64,000 nt of DNA from Eledone cirrhosa. Its lineage: Eukaryota. Position numbers and translations under genes: made by a program. Each line of letters starts with the position of its first letter. Within the stretch, counting starts at the first letter, position 1. Shown piece after piece: positions 1 to 13,205 of the stretch. Under the pieces are notes generated by a model. That model worked only from the letters and a program-made list of their open reading frames with translations, did not search any database and had not been told where the DNA came from. Location: NCBI GenBank assembly GCA_964016885.1, contig OZ024742.1:9052001-9116000 (forward strand). The letters are read 5' to 3'.

Positions 1-3000
1 AGTATATAGAGACAGACAACACAGTATTGGCTACATTATCACATATATATAGAGACAGACAACACAGTATTGGCTACAGTATCACATATATAGAGAGACA
101 GACAACAGAGTATTGGTTACAGTATCACATATATATAGAGACAGACAACACAGTATTGGCTACAGTATCACATATATATAGAGACAGACAACACAGTATT
201 GGCTACAGTATCACATATATATAGAGACAGACAACACAGTATTGGCTACAGTATCACATATATATAGAGACAGACAACACAGTATTGGCTACAGTCTGAC
301 ATATATATAGAGACAGACAACACAGTATTGGCTACAGTATCTCATATATATTGAGACAGACAACACAGTGTTGGCTACAGTATCACATATATATAGAGAC
401 AGACAACATAGTATTGGCTACAGTATCACATACATATAGAGACAGACAACACAGTATTGGCTACAGTATCACATATATATATAGAGACAGACAACACAGT
501 ATTGGCTACAGTATCTCATATATATTGAGACAGACAACACAGTATTGGCTACAGTATCACATATATATAGAGACAGAGGACACAGTATTGGCTAGAGTAT
601 CACATATATATAGAGACAGACAACACAGTATTGGCTACAGTATCACATATATATAGAGACAGACAACTCAGTATTGGCTACAGTATCACTTATATATAGA
701 GACAGACAACACAGTATTGGCTACAGTATCTCATATATATAGAGACAGACAACACAGTATTGGCTAGAGTATCACATATATATAGAGACAGACAACACAG
801 TATTGGCTACAGTATCACATATATATAGAGACAGACAACACAGTATTGGCTAGAGTATCACATATATATGGAGACAGACAACACACTATTGGCTACAGTA
901 TCACATATATATAGAGACAGACAACACAGTATTGGCTACAGTATCACATATATATAGAGACAGACAACGCAGTATTGGCTACAGTATCACAAGTATATAG
1001 AGACAGACAACACAGTATTGGCTACATTATCACATATATATAGAGACAGACAACACAGTATTGGCTACAGTATCACATATATAGAGAGACAGACAACAGA
1101 GTATTGGTTACAGTATCACATATATATAGAGACAGACAACACACTATTGGCTACAGTATCACATATATATAGAGACAGACAACACAGTATTGGCTACAGT
1201 ATCACATATATATAGAGACAGACAACACAGTATTGGCTACAGTATCACATATATATAGAGACAGACAACACAGTATTGGCTACAGTCTGACATATATATA
1301 GAGACAGACAACACAGCATTGGCTACAGTATCTCATATATATTGAGACGGACAACACAGTATTGGCTACAGTATCACATATATATAGAGACAGACAACAT
1401 AGTATTGGCTACAGTATCACATACATATAGAGACAGACAACACAGTATTGGCTAGAGTATCACATATATATAGAGACAGACAACACAGTATTGGCTAGAG
1501 TATCACATACATATAGAGAGAGACATCACAGTATTGGTTACAGTATCACATATGTATTGAGACAGATAACACAGTATTGGCTAGAGTATCACATACATAT
1601 AGAGACAGACATCACAGTATTGGCTACAGTATCACATATATATAGAGACAGACAACACAGTATTGGCTACAGTATCACATATATATAGAGACAGACAACA
1701 CAGTATTGGCTAGAGTATCACATATATATAGAGACAGACAACACAGTATTGGCTAGAGTATCACATATATATAGAGACAGACAACACAGTATTGTCTACA
1801 GTATCACATATATATAGAGACAGACAACACAGTATTGGCTACAGTATCACATATATATAGAGACAGACAACACAGTATTGGCTACAGTATCACATATATA
1901 TATAGACAGACAACAGAGTATTGGCTACAGTATCACATATATATAGAGACAGACAACACAGTATTGGCTACAATATCACATATATATAGAGACAGACAAC
2001 ACACTATTGGCTACTGTATCATATATAGAGACAGACAACACAGTATTGGCTACAGTATCACATATATATAGAGACAGACAACACAGTATTGGCTACAGTA
2101 TCACATATATATAGAGACAGACAACACAGTATTGGCTACACTATCACATATATATAGAGACAGACAACAGAGTATTGGCTACAGTATCACATATATATAG
2201 AGACAGACAACACAGTATTGGCTAGAGTATCACATATATATAGAGACAGACAACACAGTATTTGCTACAGTATCTCATATATATATAGAGACAGACAACA
2301 CAGTATTGGCTAGAGTATCACATATATATAGAGACAGACAACACAGTATTGGCTACAGTATCTCCTATATATAGAGACAGACAACACAGTATTGGCTAGA
2401 GTATAACATATATATAGAGACAGACAACACAGTATTGGCTAGAGTATAACATATATATAGAGACAGACAACACAGTATTGGATAGAGTATCACATATATA
2501 TAGAGACAGACAACACAGTATTGGCTAGCGTATAACATATATATAGCGACAGACATCACAGTATTGGCTAGAGTATAACATATATATAGAGACAGACAAC
2601 ACAGTATTGGCTACATATATATAGAGACAGACAACACAGTATTGGCTAGAGTATCACATATATATAGAGCCAGACAACACAGTATTGGCTAGAGTATCAC
2701 ATATATATAGAGACAGACAACACAGTATTGGCTAGAGTATAACATATATATAGAGACAGACAACACAGTATTGGCTACAGTATCACATATATATAGAGAC
2801 AGACAACACAGTATTGGCTAGAGTATAACATATATATAGAGCCAGACAACACAATATTGGCTAGAGTATCACATATATATAGAGACAGACAACACAGTAT
2901 TGGCAAGAGTATCACATATATATAGAGACAGACAACACAGTATTGGCTAGAGTATCACATATATATAGAGACAGACAACACAGTATTGGCTAGAGTATCA

Positions 3001-4627
3001 CATATATATAGAGACAGACAACACAGTATTGGCTACAGTATCACATATATATAGAGACAGACAACACAGTATTGGCTACAGTATCACATATATATAGAGA
3101 CAGACAACAGAGTATTGGCTACAGTATCACATATATATAGAGACATACAACACAGTATTGGCTACAGTATCTCATATATATTGAGACAGACAACACAGTA
3201 TTGGCTACAGTATCACATATATATAGAGACAGACAACACAGTATTGGCTACAGTATCACATACATATAGAGACAGACAACACAGTATTGGCTAGAGTATC
3301 ACATATATAGAGAGACAGACAACACAGTATTGGCTAGAGTACCACATACATATAGAGAGAGACATCACAGTATTGGTTACAGTATCACATATATATTGAG
3401 ACAGACAACACAGTATTGGCAAGAGTATCACATATATATAGAGACAGACAACACAGTATTGGCTAGAGTATCACATACATATAGAGACAGACATCACTGT
3501 ATTGGCTAGAGTATCACATATATATAGAGACAGACAACACAGTATTGGCTAGAGTATCACATACATATAGAGACAGACATCACAGTATTGGTTACAGTAT
3601 CACATATATATTGAGACAGACAACACAGTATTGGCTAGAGTATCACATACATATAGAGACAGACATCACAGTATTGGCTACAGTATCACATATATATAGA
3701 GACAGACAACACAGTATTGGCTACAGTATCACATATATATAGAGACAGACAACACAGTATTGGCAAGAGTATCACATATATATAGAGACAGACAACACAC
3801 TATTGGCTACTGTATCAAATACATATAGAGACAGACAACACAGTATTGGCTACAGTATCACATATATATAGAGACAGACAACACAGTATTGGCTACAGTC
3901 TCTATATATATGTGATACTGTAGCCAATACTGTGTTGTCTGTCTCTATATATATGTGATACTGTAGCCAATACTGTGTTGTCTGTATCTATATATATGAG
4001 ATACTGTAGCCAATACTGTGTTGTCTGTATCTATATATATGAGATACTGTAGCCAATACTGTGTTGTCTGTCTCTATATATATGAGATACTGTAGCCAAT
4101 ACTGTGTTGTCTGTCTCTATATATATGTGATACTGTAGCCAATACTGTGTTGTCTGTCTCTATATATATGTGATACTGTAGCCAATACTGTGTTGTCTGT
4201 CTCTATATATATGAGATACTGTAGCCAATACTGTGTTGTCTGTCTCTATATATATGTGATACTGTAACCAATACTGTGTTGTCTGTCTCTATATATATGT
4301 GATACTCTAGCCAATACTGTGTTGTCTGTCTCTATATATATGAGATACTGTAGCCAATACTGTGTTGTCTGTCTCTATATATATGTGATACTGAAGCCAA
4401 TACTGTGTTGTCTGTCTCTATATATATGTGATACTGTAGCCAATACTGTGTTGTCTGTCTCAATATATATGTGATACTGTAGCCAATACTGTGATGTCTG
4501 TCTCTATATATATGAGATACTGTAGCCAATACTGTGTTGTCTGTCTCTATATATATGTTATACTGGAGCCAATACTGTGTTGTCTGTCTCTATATATATG
4601 TGATACTGTAGCCAATACAGTGTTATC
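1..4627. repeat. 43-bp tandem satellite (ATATATATAGAGACAGACAACACAGTATTGGCTACAGTATCAC), orientation inverts at ~3899
   Basis: GAGAC recurs at 9 and 52 (period 43); from ~3899 the units are the reverse complement; the ORFs here are repeat translations. Confidence 0.97.
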
Positions 4628-4729
4628 ACAGGGTGTGGTAGGGCTCGTGAAGGGATGATAGGAGGCTGTAGTTTTTTGGTGGGTGTAGTGAATGGATGGT
4701 AGGAGGCTGTAATTAGGAGGCATTACTGG

Positions 4730-4810
4730 TAGTAGTAGTGGTGGTGGTGGTGGTGGTGGTAGTAGTAGTAGTAATAGTGGTGGTGGTGGTGGTGGTGATG
4801 ATGGTGGTGT

Positions 4811-4865
<55 letters not shown>

Positions 4866-5034
4866 TGTAGTAGTAGTAGTATGATGATGATGATGATGAG
4901 GGGGAGGGGGTAGAAGAAGAAGAAGAAGAAGAAGAAGAAGAAGAAGAAGAAGAAGAAGAAGAAGAAGAAGAAGAAGAAGAAGAAGAAGAAGAAGAAGAAG
5001 AAGAAGAAGAAGAAGAAGAAGAAGAAGAAGAAGA
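4730..5034. repeat. Compound trinucleotide microsatellite (GGT/AGT/GAT then (GAA)n)
   Basis: Directly visible. Confidence 0.95.
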
Positions 5035-5096
5035 TTTTCTGATTAAGGCCCAAGGTCAACACACGTGGAGGAGGAGAAAGACTAAAGAATTTTAAA

Positions 5097-5440
5097 TTGA
5101 CTCCAGTACATTACTGGTACTTTATTTTATCGACCCCGAAAGGATGAAAGGTAAAGTTAAACTCAGAACGAAAAAGCCCGAAGCTATATGCCGCAAAGCA
5201 TGTTGCCCGATACTCTACCGATTACTGCCAATCGACCAATAATAATTGTTTCTACATTTGGCACAAGGCCAGCAATTAGCCAGTACATTACTGCTACTTT
5301 ATTTATCGACCCCGTAAGGATGAAAGGCAAAGTTAACCTCGGTGCTATTTGAACTCAGATTATAAAGGTACGTAACTGTGCTGCAAAGCATGTCCGACCC
5401 ATGTCCGACCCTCTACCGATACTGCCAATCCAATCGACCA
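5097..5440 (-). mobile_element. Two tRNA-derived SINE copies with Deu/Nin-like central domain
   Basis: Reverse complement of the ...TTTGCCTTTCATCCTT.CGGGGTCGATAAAATAAAGTACCAG motif also seen at 62.1-63.2 kb; A-box-like TGGCAGTATCGG and B-box-like GAGTTCAAAT. Confidence 0.7.
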
Positions 5441-6298
5441 ATAACAATAACAGCATGATAATAATGATGATGATAAATATATATGCGTGTATATATATAT
5501 TATTGGTTTTTGTGTGGGGAGGGGGGGGGGGGGGGGGGCGATACAATCAGGGTGAGCAGAATTATTAGGAAGACGGTCGGAATGCCTTGTGGCATCAATT
5601 TCAGATCTTTTCATTATGACTTCTCCTATGATATCTCTACTTCTCAAACTGTAACACTGTTGTCCTTCCATATTTCATTTTTTATTATTTATTATATTTT
5701 ATTTTATTTAACTGTTTGCTTTTAATTTTTATATACACTTATCTCTGTATCTTGCTTTTCGTTTCTCAACCGTAAGATATACTAGAAATATGCATTAGCC
5801 TATCATGGCTTACTAGCTTTATACGGGACATTTGAATTAAATAAATAGAACAAAGCATATTTCCCGATGCTCTACCAATTCTACTGACCTACCACAACCT
5901 ATATTGAACCTGATACACGCTTTTATATTATCTACACAGATCTAAATTTCTCGAAATAGAGAATTACAAAAGTACAGAACTAAACATCAGAAACAAACTC
6001 AGAAATAATCCGGGCTTTTCCTATCTCTAACAATCCTACTACACTAAATTTAAAGTTATTTAATCATAAATTGATGATTCAATACTTAGTAATATTGCAT
6101 ATATATATATAAGACATGCACAAGCTAAAATATATACGAAATGTTTCTGGGATTTCGTTTTCCTCCAGAAAACATTGAACATTATTTATTACTTAGCTTA
6201 CAATCTACTTTCATTTTTTCATTTTTCTTCTTATCCGGAGTGTTTGTGTATATACTTGCGTATATATTTTTATATATGCTATATTGACTCTATGCATG

Positions 6299-6389
<91 letters not shown>

Positions 6390-6588
6390 TTAAGGATACT
6401 ATTTATGGTTATGTATATACTAAAACCTTTTATAGTTAAATATATTTTAAACCCTAAACAGTGAAAGACAGTAATTTATTACCACCTTATTACCAGTAAG
6501 ATAAATAGCTCAATGTAATAACATCAGTTGTTCTACAGAGCAGTTATATAAAAATTACATGAATCAAAGTTCTGTTCAAATCATTTAT

Positions 6589-6637
6589 TCGCTTACAATT
6601 GTTTCTTCCAAACCGAGGTTTGGAGTCTTCGGGGCAA
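6589..6637 (-). ncRNA. Hammerhead ribozyme, CCGAAGA variant
   Basis: Mirror of 6785-6833. Confidence 0.7.
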
Positions 6638-6784
6638 TTTTTCAATGATTGTTTACATACATGACCTCCTTTTCAACACAAGAGACAAATGGATGTCAAC
6701 CCACTGTGCATCAATATATACATATGTTTCTGTATGTCTCTTGTATTGAAAAGGAGGTCATGTATGTAAACAATCATTGAAAAA

Positions 6785-6833
6785 TTGCTCCGAAGACACC
6801 AAACCTCGGTTTGGAAGAAACAATTGTAAGCGA
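6785..6833 (+). ncRNA. Type I hammerhead ribozyme, CCGAAGA variant
   Basis: ttgct-CCGAAGA-(ccaaac/gtttgg stem II)-GAAA-caattg-TA-agcga. Confidence 0.75.
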
Positions 6834-6866
6834 ATAAATGATTTGAACAGAACTTTGATTCATGTA

Positions 6867-6911
<45 letters not shown>

Positions 6912-7169
6912 TATACATATATATTCAGATAAGAGCAAACATCACGGGCGCTCTATCTCAAAATTACTTTTGAAAATCATTAGAAATGCGCAACCGGTAA
7001 AAGCTTAAAACTAAAACTGAATTCTAACCAATACTTATTACTAATTTTTACTTATTCCTAATTAAACTATTTTTCACTGGGAAAAATTTGTTACCATTTT
7101 CTTTTCCTTTTACTAATATATCACAACTCGTGTGTTACACCTCTATTCTTTTAAATATATATATATATA

Positions 7170-8670
7170 TATATGGGATAACAAGATATCGTTTTAGGTA
7201 ATCCAGTTAAACGTTGTGAGTACTCCATACTATGGGTAGTTTTAACGTACGGCGTTGTTTGATTTAACAAGAGGTTTCCTTATTTAGGTAGCGAGTTTGC
7301 GATGGTGTGTATTCTATATACTAAAATCTAGGTGGTTCAGTTCTAATTTTGGGATTGCTGGTTAAAAATCATGGTGGTTTGAAGTTTGTGAATCTGGTAG
7401 CTATTTTGTGCCTACAGAAAAGGTGGTACGTCCACAGAAACTCCATGAAGAACCGTAGACTGGAGAACTCTACGACGCTTGCCAATAAAATCTGGCAGCT
7501 TTAAAACAGAAACCTAGAATATAAGATTAGCTGGTCAAAATTATCAGTAGCAAAAGCCTACACCACGGAATGTCCCACTGTGTACTTTGTAATATAGAAC
7601 TACTCCATATTTTAAGGTACGATGGGATGCAGCTTAACAGCAAAATAGGAAGATCAGTTTTCTGTAGGCATAAAATAGCTACCAGATTCACAAACTTCAA
7701 ACCACTATGATTTGAACCAGCAATCCCAAAATTAGAACTGAACCACCTAGATTTTAGCACATATAATACACACCATCGCACTGCTATTAGCTGTCAAACG
7801 GCCAACTGGTCATTGGATCATAAAACTCTGAACATCTCTTTCACCCTCTTTCCCTGAAACACCATTAAGATAGAACAATCAGCAAAACATTTACAACACA
7901 CGTTTGTCAAACGACCCTTCACAATCCACCCCTAGTCCGTAAATCTCATACATGTATCTCCCAATTAATCTCTAATTTATTGCTTTTTCTTTTTTCTTTT
8001 TTCTTTTTTCTTTTTTCTTTTTTCTTTTATTTGTCACTACATCAGACCCTGTACACGTATCTATGTATATTTCGAATCTGGTTTTTCATGTTAGCACTAA
8101 ATCCACCAAGGAATCCTTATAAAACACTTACTCACCACCACCACAAACATACTCTGTACTTATATGCTCTCACTTGTCCATATTTATTTCTTTATATTTT
8201 CCATGTTCTTATTTTTTTAATGTATCCTATCTTATCTTTTACTTTTTACTTTTTACATCTGTAACTTCTCTACCCATTTACCATATTTGTTTTATTATTG
8301 ATGTTATTGTTTTGATTATACGCTATTCTTCTATATATGTCTTGCCTCGAGTGAATTATTTTTTATATCTACGTACTCTGATGCGTTGACCAGAGGTAAA
8401 TAATGTATTGGAGATCGAGTGACGCAACTTCAAGTGATTAGCGACCTCTAGACTCACCTGATCAACGAAACAATTGTCAGTACTTGAAATAATGCCACTT
8501 ATTGTACAGCCAACCACGTTACTCTTCATTCTTTCACTATTATTACTCCAAGTTTAACCTGCATAGGAATTACCGCGAACTCGCTGCATAACTATGGAAG
8601 AATCTTGTTGAGTCAAACAAAGCCGTACGTTAAATCTATCCACGAAGCAGAGTACTCACAACCTCTAACA
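7170..8670 (+). mobile_element. Decayed 5'-truncated PLE (GIY-YIG C-terminus, 3' UTR, HHR) with an internally deleted inverted arm
   Basis: ~7420-7710 translates with stops/frameshift to RWYVHRNSMKN..STTLANKIWQL..ISWSKL..CVLCNIE..LNSK..FCRHK; 7290-7420 mirrors 7660-7780 and 7210-7280 mirrors 8590-8670. Confidence 0.78.
8373..8483 (+). ncRNA. Type I hammerhead-like motif with ~80-nt stem II (core CTGATGC)
   Basis: gtact-CTGATGC-gttga...tcaac-GAAA-caattg-TC-agtac; A9 position mutated. Confidence 0.68.
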
Positions 8671-9231
8671 CACACATGATCTAACGATCGTGTGCCGAAC
8701 ACTTTAACCAGTAAGCCACACACTTTCATACTAGTCTCTATAATACAGTCCTAATATCGACCTCTGTCATGTATTGCAAGACAATGACAGGAATGTGGTA
8801 ATTGATCAACAGCTAGCGCCTAAAGTCGCCATATGTATCAATTGTTATGTGTCATCACTGCAGGTGTCCACTACTCTTGTCAATTTCCTAACAATGGCCG
8901 CGTTTTTGTCGCTGTTTTTTTTTTTTTGGGGGGGGGGGGGTGTCAATAATGGACAATTGCAATATCAACGCCAATTTATAATCAACCAATTAGTGAAGAC
9001 ACTTTCTTAGTGTTGTAGAGTTCTGTATGTGTGTGTGTGGGGGGGGTATAAATGTGGGTGTGTGTGGGTGTGAGTATGTGTGTGTGAAAGAGACAGAGAG
9101 GGTGTGTGTGTGGGTGTGTGTGTGTGAGGGTATGGCTGTATAGTGAAGACACTTAAGTGTTGTAGAGTTCTGTGTGTGTGTGTGTGTGTGCGGGGTATGA
9201 ATGTGTGTGAGAGTGTGTGTATGTGTGTGTA

Positions 9232-9280
<49 letters not shown>

Positions 9281-9462
9281 GTGTGTGTGAGGGTATGGCT
9301 GTATAGTGAAGCTGGATTTGGATACCGCGGAAGAAAAAGTAGTGTAGGTAATATTATATATATATATATATACATACACACACACACACATATATAAATA
9401 TATATACACATACACACACAACGCACACACATACGCACACACATGTATATATATATACACAT

Positions 9463-9545
<83 letters not shown>

Positions 9546-9549
<4 letters not shown>

Positions 9550-9991
9550 CTATAAGCAAAAAGGATATTCAATTTGTTGGTAATTCAACAAATATAAATG
9601 TTTATAACTGATTCAGAGCACTCGACAAGTTTTCTGGAGTATAATATACAATGATATTAAATAAATGGAAACTATATTTATAAAACCATATTTATTGTAT
9701 TACATATATTCAAGGGTACCCAAACTTTGGTACGCTCTCATCAGATAAAATACAAAGTTTGTTTTTTAAATGTTGACATAACCAAGAAAAGATAGCTTAA
9801 CGGTTCAAGTTTTCCTTGGAAACCTTGAACCGTTAAGCTATATTTTCTTGGTTATGTCAACATTTAAAAAACAAACTTTGTATTTTATCTGATGAGAGCG
9901 TACCAAAGTTTGGGTACCCTTGAATATATGTAATACAATAAATATGGTTTTATAAATATAGTTTCCATTTATTTAATATCATTGTATATAT

Positions 9992-9992
<1 letters not shown>
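9546..9992. mobile_element. Near-perfect hairpin element (PLE pLTR derivative) with left tail, in (TA)n
   Basis: Arms ~9644-9815 and ~9818-9990 around TTTCCTTGGAAA; related single copy at 53771-53885. Confidence 0.85.
9881..9940 (+). ncRNA. Degenerate hammerhead (mirror at 9693-9752 on minus)
   Basis: tattttat-CTGATGA-(gtacc/ggtac stem II)-GAAT-atatg-TA-atacaata; GAAA damaged. Confidence 0.55.
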
Positions 9993-10067
<75 letters not shown>

Positions 10068-10181
10068 TAAGAGGAATTCCAACTTTGTCTGATTTACTCG
10101 TTTTATTTACAATCCTTTAAAATATATATAATGGTATTATAATGAAATAGTATGATAGAATATTAAATTCTAAGTGTTAAT

Positions 10182-10220
10182 TGAACAAGTACTTTCATGC
10201 TTTCGCAATCTTCAGGTTCA
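10182..10220 (-). ncRNA. Minimal type I hammerhead ribozyme
   Basis: Mirror of 15057-15095. Confidence 0.8.
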
Positions 10221-10595
10221 TGATATGTGGTGACAGTCGAGTTTGCAATTTTCAACTGTAATGAGATGGGTAAATTTCCTACCTTTTATACATTTTATAC
10301 AGAGAAAAGTGGCTCCAGAATGCAAAGCCCTGTAAACTGTATTTCGACCAATCAGTGTGTAGTTTCACTGAATTACTACAGCTGATTGGTTTAAGCGTCA
10401 CGGCTGGTTGAGCATGCTAACGACCAATAGTCATATCCAACGTATCAATTGTTTTGCTTTTTTGAAATGATGAAAATAGCATTTTCTATTAATCATCACC
10501 ATCAACATCACTTTTATTATTATTATTATTGTTGTTGTTGTTGTTGTTAGTGGTCGTGGTCATAGTGGTAGTAGAAGTAATACCCCTAGGCGTTA

Positions 10596-12782
10596 TTATT
10601 GTTCATTTAGCTTGGGTTTGAATTTATCAATAAAATTCTTTTCTTTGATTTTTCTCTTGATTTCACTTGGGCTGTGTAATTTGTAGAATGGGAATATTAT
10701 AAATATTCCCTGACCACATGTTGCCAGGTGGCCGCTTAGGGGTATATGACGGACATTTGGGTCTCTGATTTGTTGACGGTGTACCCGTGCACGTTCCGAT
10801 AGTGCATTTCCAGTTTGACCGACATATAGTTCTTCACAATTCGGGCATTTAATGCAGTAAATTAGATTTCTGCTTTTGCAGTTCATATTTGCATTTGTGA
10901 ATATTTTTCCAGTTTTTGTTTTCATATATTGACCGGCGTGTATGGATTGACATGTGCCGCATCGATTATCATTGCATTTAGATACAGTGAATGATTGGTC
11001 TTTGTTGTTAAGGTCAAACTTTGCTTTTGTTAGCAATTGCTTCAAATTTTTTGGCTGTCTTTTACTAAGAGTCAAAGATCGATTTGTGATTAAGCCTTTT
11101 AATTCATTACTTTGAGCAATGATTGGTAGGTTTGCTTTGGCAGTGTTGAAGATATTCTGGTGACATGGGTTGTGTGTCATTATAAATGGTATGACCAGTT
11201 CTTGGTTTCTTCTTCTTTGGGTTGTTCTAAGTTGTTGTATAGGTATTTTTATAGCCCGCTGTATGCCATTTTCTATAAGTAGAGATGGGTATTTTTGTTT
11301 GAGCAAAAATTCTCTTAGTTCTGTTAGGCGTTTGTACCTGGTATTCGTATCTTCTACAATGGTACAAATTCTTCTGGCTAGGCAGTATGGGATGTTGCGT
11401 TTTGTATGAGGTGGATGGCACGACTTAAAATTCAGATATTGATGGGTGTCTGTGTGTTTATAATATATATCCGTGGTAATGGTGGTGTCGTTTTTGATTA
11501 TCATTATATCTAGGAATGGTAATTTGGTCCTACTCATCTCTTTTGTGAATTGGAGAGATGGGTGTAGGTTATTCAGGAGGATATTGAACTCATCCAGAGT
11601 ATCTAGAGATTCTGTCCAGATGATGAAACAGTCGTCAAGGTATCTCTTCCAAGATTTTTCAATGTACTTTCTAAAGTCAGTACTATATTTTTCCTCTATT
11701 TCTTGGTAGAGTTGTTGTTCTAAGTATCCCATTACAGAGTTCGCGTAAACGGGAGCAAACTTCGTTCCCATCGCTGTGCCTCTAATTTGGATGTAATTCT
11801 TTCCATTGAAGAAGAAAGTATTGTTTTCCAGAATAAGTTTAACTGCGTCTAATATAAATGGCGCTGTGAATCTAATGGGAATCACTTCTCTATGTTTTTC
11901 CACCCAGTATTTAACCGCCTTTATTCCTAAATCATGTGTAATGTTGGTGTAAAGGCTTACCACATCAAAACTGAGTAGAAGTGAATTCGTTTCCGTGGTT
12001 TTGGGAAGATGGGACAGGAAGTCGATATCATCCCGGATGAAACTGGGTATGTGAATACATAGTGGTTTCAAAATAATGTCAACAAAATTGCTTAGACGGT
12101 GAGTGGGGCATGTTGGACCAGCTATAATAGGTCTAAGTTTTAAGTCTTTTGGGTGTAATAATTTAATGTACTCACTGTTTTGTTCTCTTACTGCCAGTTG
12201 TATTTCTTTTGACTTGTGAACTTTCGGTAGGCCATACAGGTTGCTGGGTTTCGGCTCAAAATTGGTGATGTAGTCTCTTTCCTTATTAGTAAATGAGTTG
12301 TGGTATTTTGAAGCCAGGTTGTTGATCTTCTTCATGATGTTGTGGTCTATATTTGACGGTATTTCATGATAGAATGTTGTGTCTTTCAGTTGTTCCTCAA
12401 CCAAATCCTTGTAGTATTCAGTATCCATTATAACAACTGCACCCCCTTTATCTGCTTGTTTAATTATTATTGTTTTATCATTTTGTATACGTTTAAGTGC
12501 AGACATTTCTGATTTGTTAATGTTTGGCCTAACATTAGTATTATGTCTAAGAGGAAATTTAGACAGGATGTCAATGTATTGGTCGAGATAGATATTTCTT
12601 CCTTTTGGCGGAGTGAAATTTGATTTATTCTTTACTAGTGATTCATCACTCTCATTATTTTTATCAGCGAAGAATTCTACAAGACGTAATTTTCGACAGA
12701 ATTCTTGGGTATCCTCCTTCAGTTCTTGGTGGTTGACTGTTGGAGTCGGTGTGAATTTCAGTCCTTTTGACAGAATTTGCAT
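10596..12782 (-). CDS. PLE reverse transcriptase + C-terminal GIY-YIG endonuclease (Neptune-type), 728 aa from first ATG
   Basis: LSKGLKF, ADKGG, YGLPKVHK, FDVVSLYT, GTAMG, RYLDD, FLD, then CxxxxCxxC and LIYCIKC..C..LYVGQT; the frame stays open upstream (KIINLS) to 12923. Confidence 0.95.
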   Translation of the reverse strand: MQILSKGLKFTPTPTVNHQELKEDTQEFCRKLRLVEFFADKNNESDESLVKNKSNFTPPKGRNIYLDQYIDILSKFPLRHNTNVRPNINKSEMSALKRIQNDKTIIIKQADKGGAVVIMDTEYYKDLVEEQLKDTTFYHEIPSNIDHNIMKKINNLASKYHNSFTNKERDYITNFEPKPSNLYGLPKVHKSKEIQLAVREQNSEYIKLLHPKDLKLRPIIAGPTCPTHRLSNFVDIILKPLCIHIPSFIRDDIDFLSHLPKTTETNSLLLSFDVVSLYTNITHDLGIKAVKYWVEKHREVIPIRFTAPFILDAVKLILENNTFFFNGKNYIQIRGTAMGTKFAPVYANSVMGYLEQQLYQEIEEKYSTDFRKYIEKSWKRYLDDCFIIWTESLDTLDEFNILLNNLHPSLQFTKEMSRTKLPFLDIMIIKNDTTITTDIYYKHTDTHQYLNFKSCHPPHTKRNIPYCLARRICTIVEDTNTRYKRLTELREFLLKQKYPSLLIENGIQRAIKIPIQQLRTTQRRRNQELVIPFIMTHNPCHQNIFNTAKANLPIIAQSNELKGLITNRSLTLSKRQPKNLKQLLTKAKFDLNNKDQSFTVSKCNDNRCGTCQSIHAGQYMKTKTGKIFTNANMNCKSRNLIYCIKCPNCEELYVGQTGNALSERARVHRQQIRDPNVRHIPLSGHLATCGQGIFIIFPFYKLHSPSEIKRKIKEKNFIDKFKPKLNEQ

Positions 12783-13205
12783 TTCATCATTGTCAAGATC
12801 TCTTTTAGATAAATTAATTATTTTAGGATCTACGTGTACAGCTGTTTTGGGTATGTTTCCTCCTGGAGTTTTTCTTTTTCCGGTTTTTGTTGTCCTGACG
12901 TTAAAAAATGAATTTTTCTCTGTTCAGGATTTATATTCCTGTTGGTGTTCGCTTGATGAACTTTTGGTCGTGATATTATATTTGGTTTCGTTATTTTGTC
13001 CTATTTTTGGTATTCTGTATATTATTTTTCTTCCTGTTAGCATTATTTTTAACAATCTGGGAAAATGACCTAGGTTTGCTTTCAGGTTTAGATCGTTTTT
13101 TGTGAGTACATTAAATTATTACACCCAAAAGACTTAAAACTTAGACCTATTATAGCTGGTCCAACATGCCCCACTCACCGTCTAAGCAATTTTGTTGACA
13201 TTATT

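Larger units (their letters stand above)
6387..6871. mobile_element. Short fold-back derivative of the 55-60 kb PLE (inverted pLTR pair plus tail) in (TA)n
   Basis: Arms ~6550-6687 and ~6735-6871 are reverse complements; 6387-6690 aligns with 55243-55550; flanked by (TA)n. Confidence 0.88.

Noticed and set aside
1-4627. CRISPR-like regular repeats (also 25785-27820)
   Set aside because: Units are contiguous with no unique spacers, no cas genes, eukaryotic context
12613-13068. 151-aa plus-strand ORF and other short ORFs overlapping the PLE
   Set aside because: Antisense shadows of the RT reading frame
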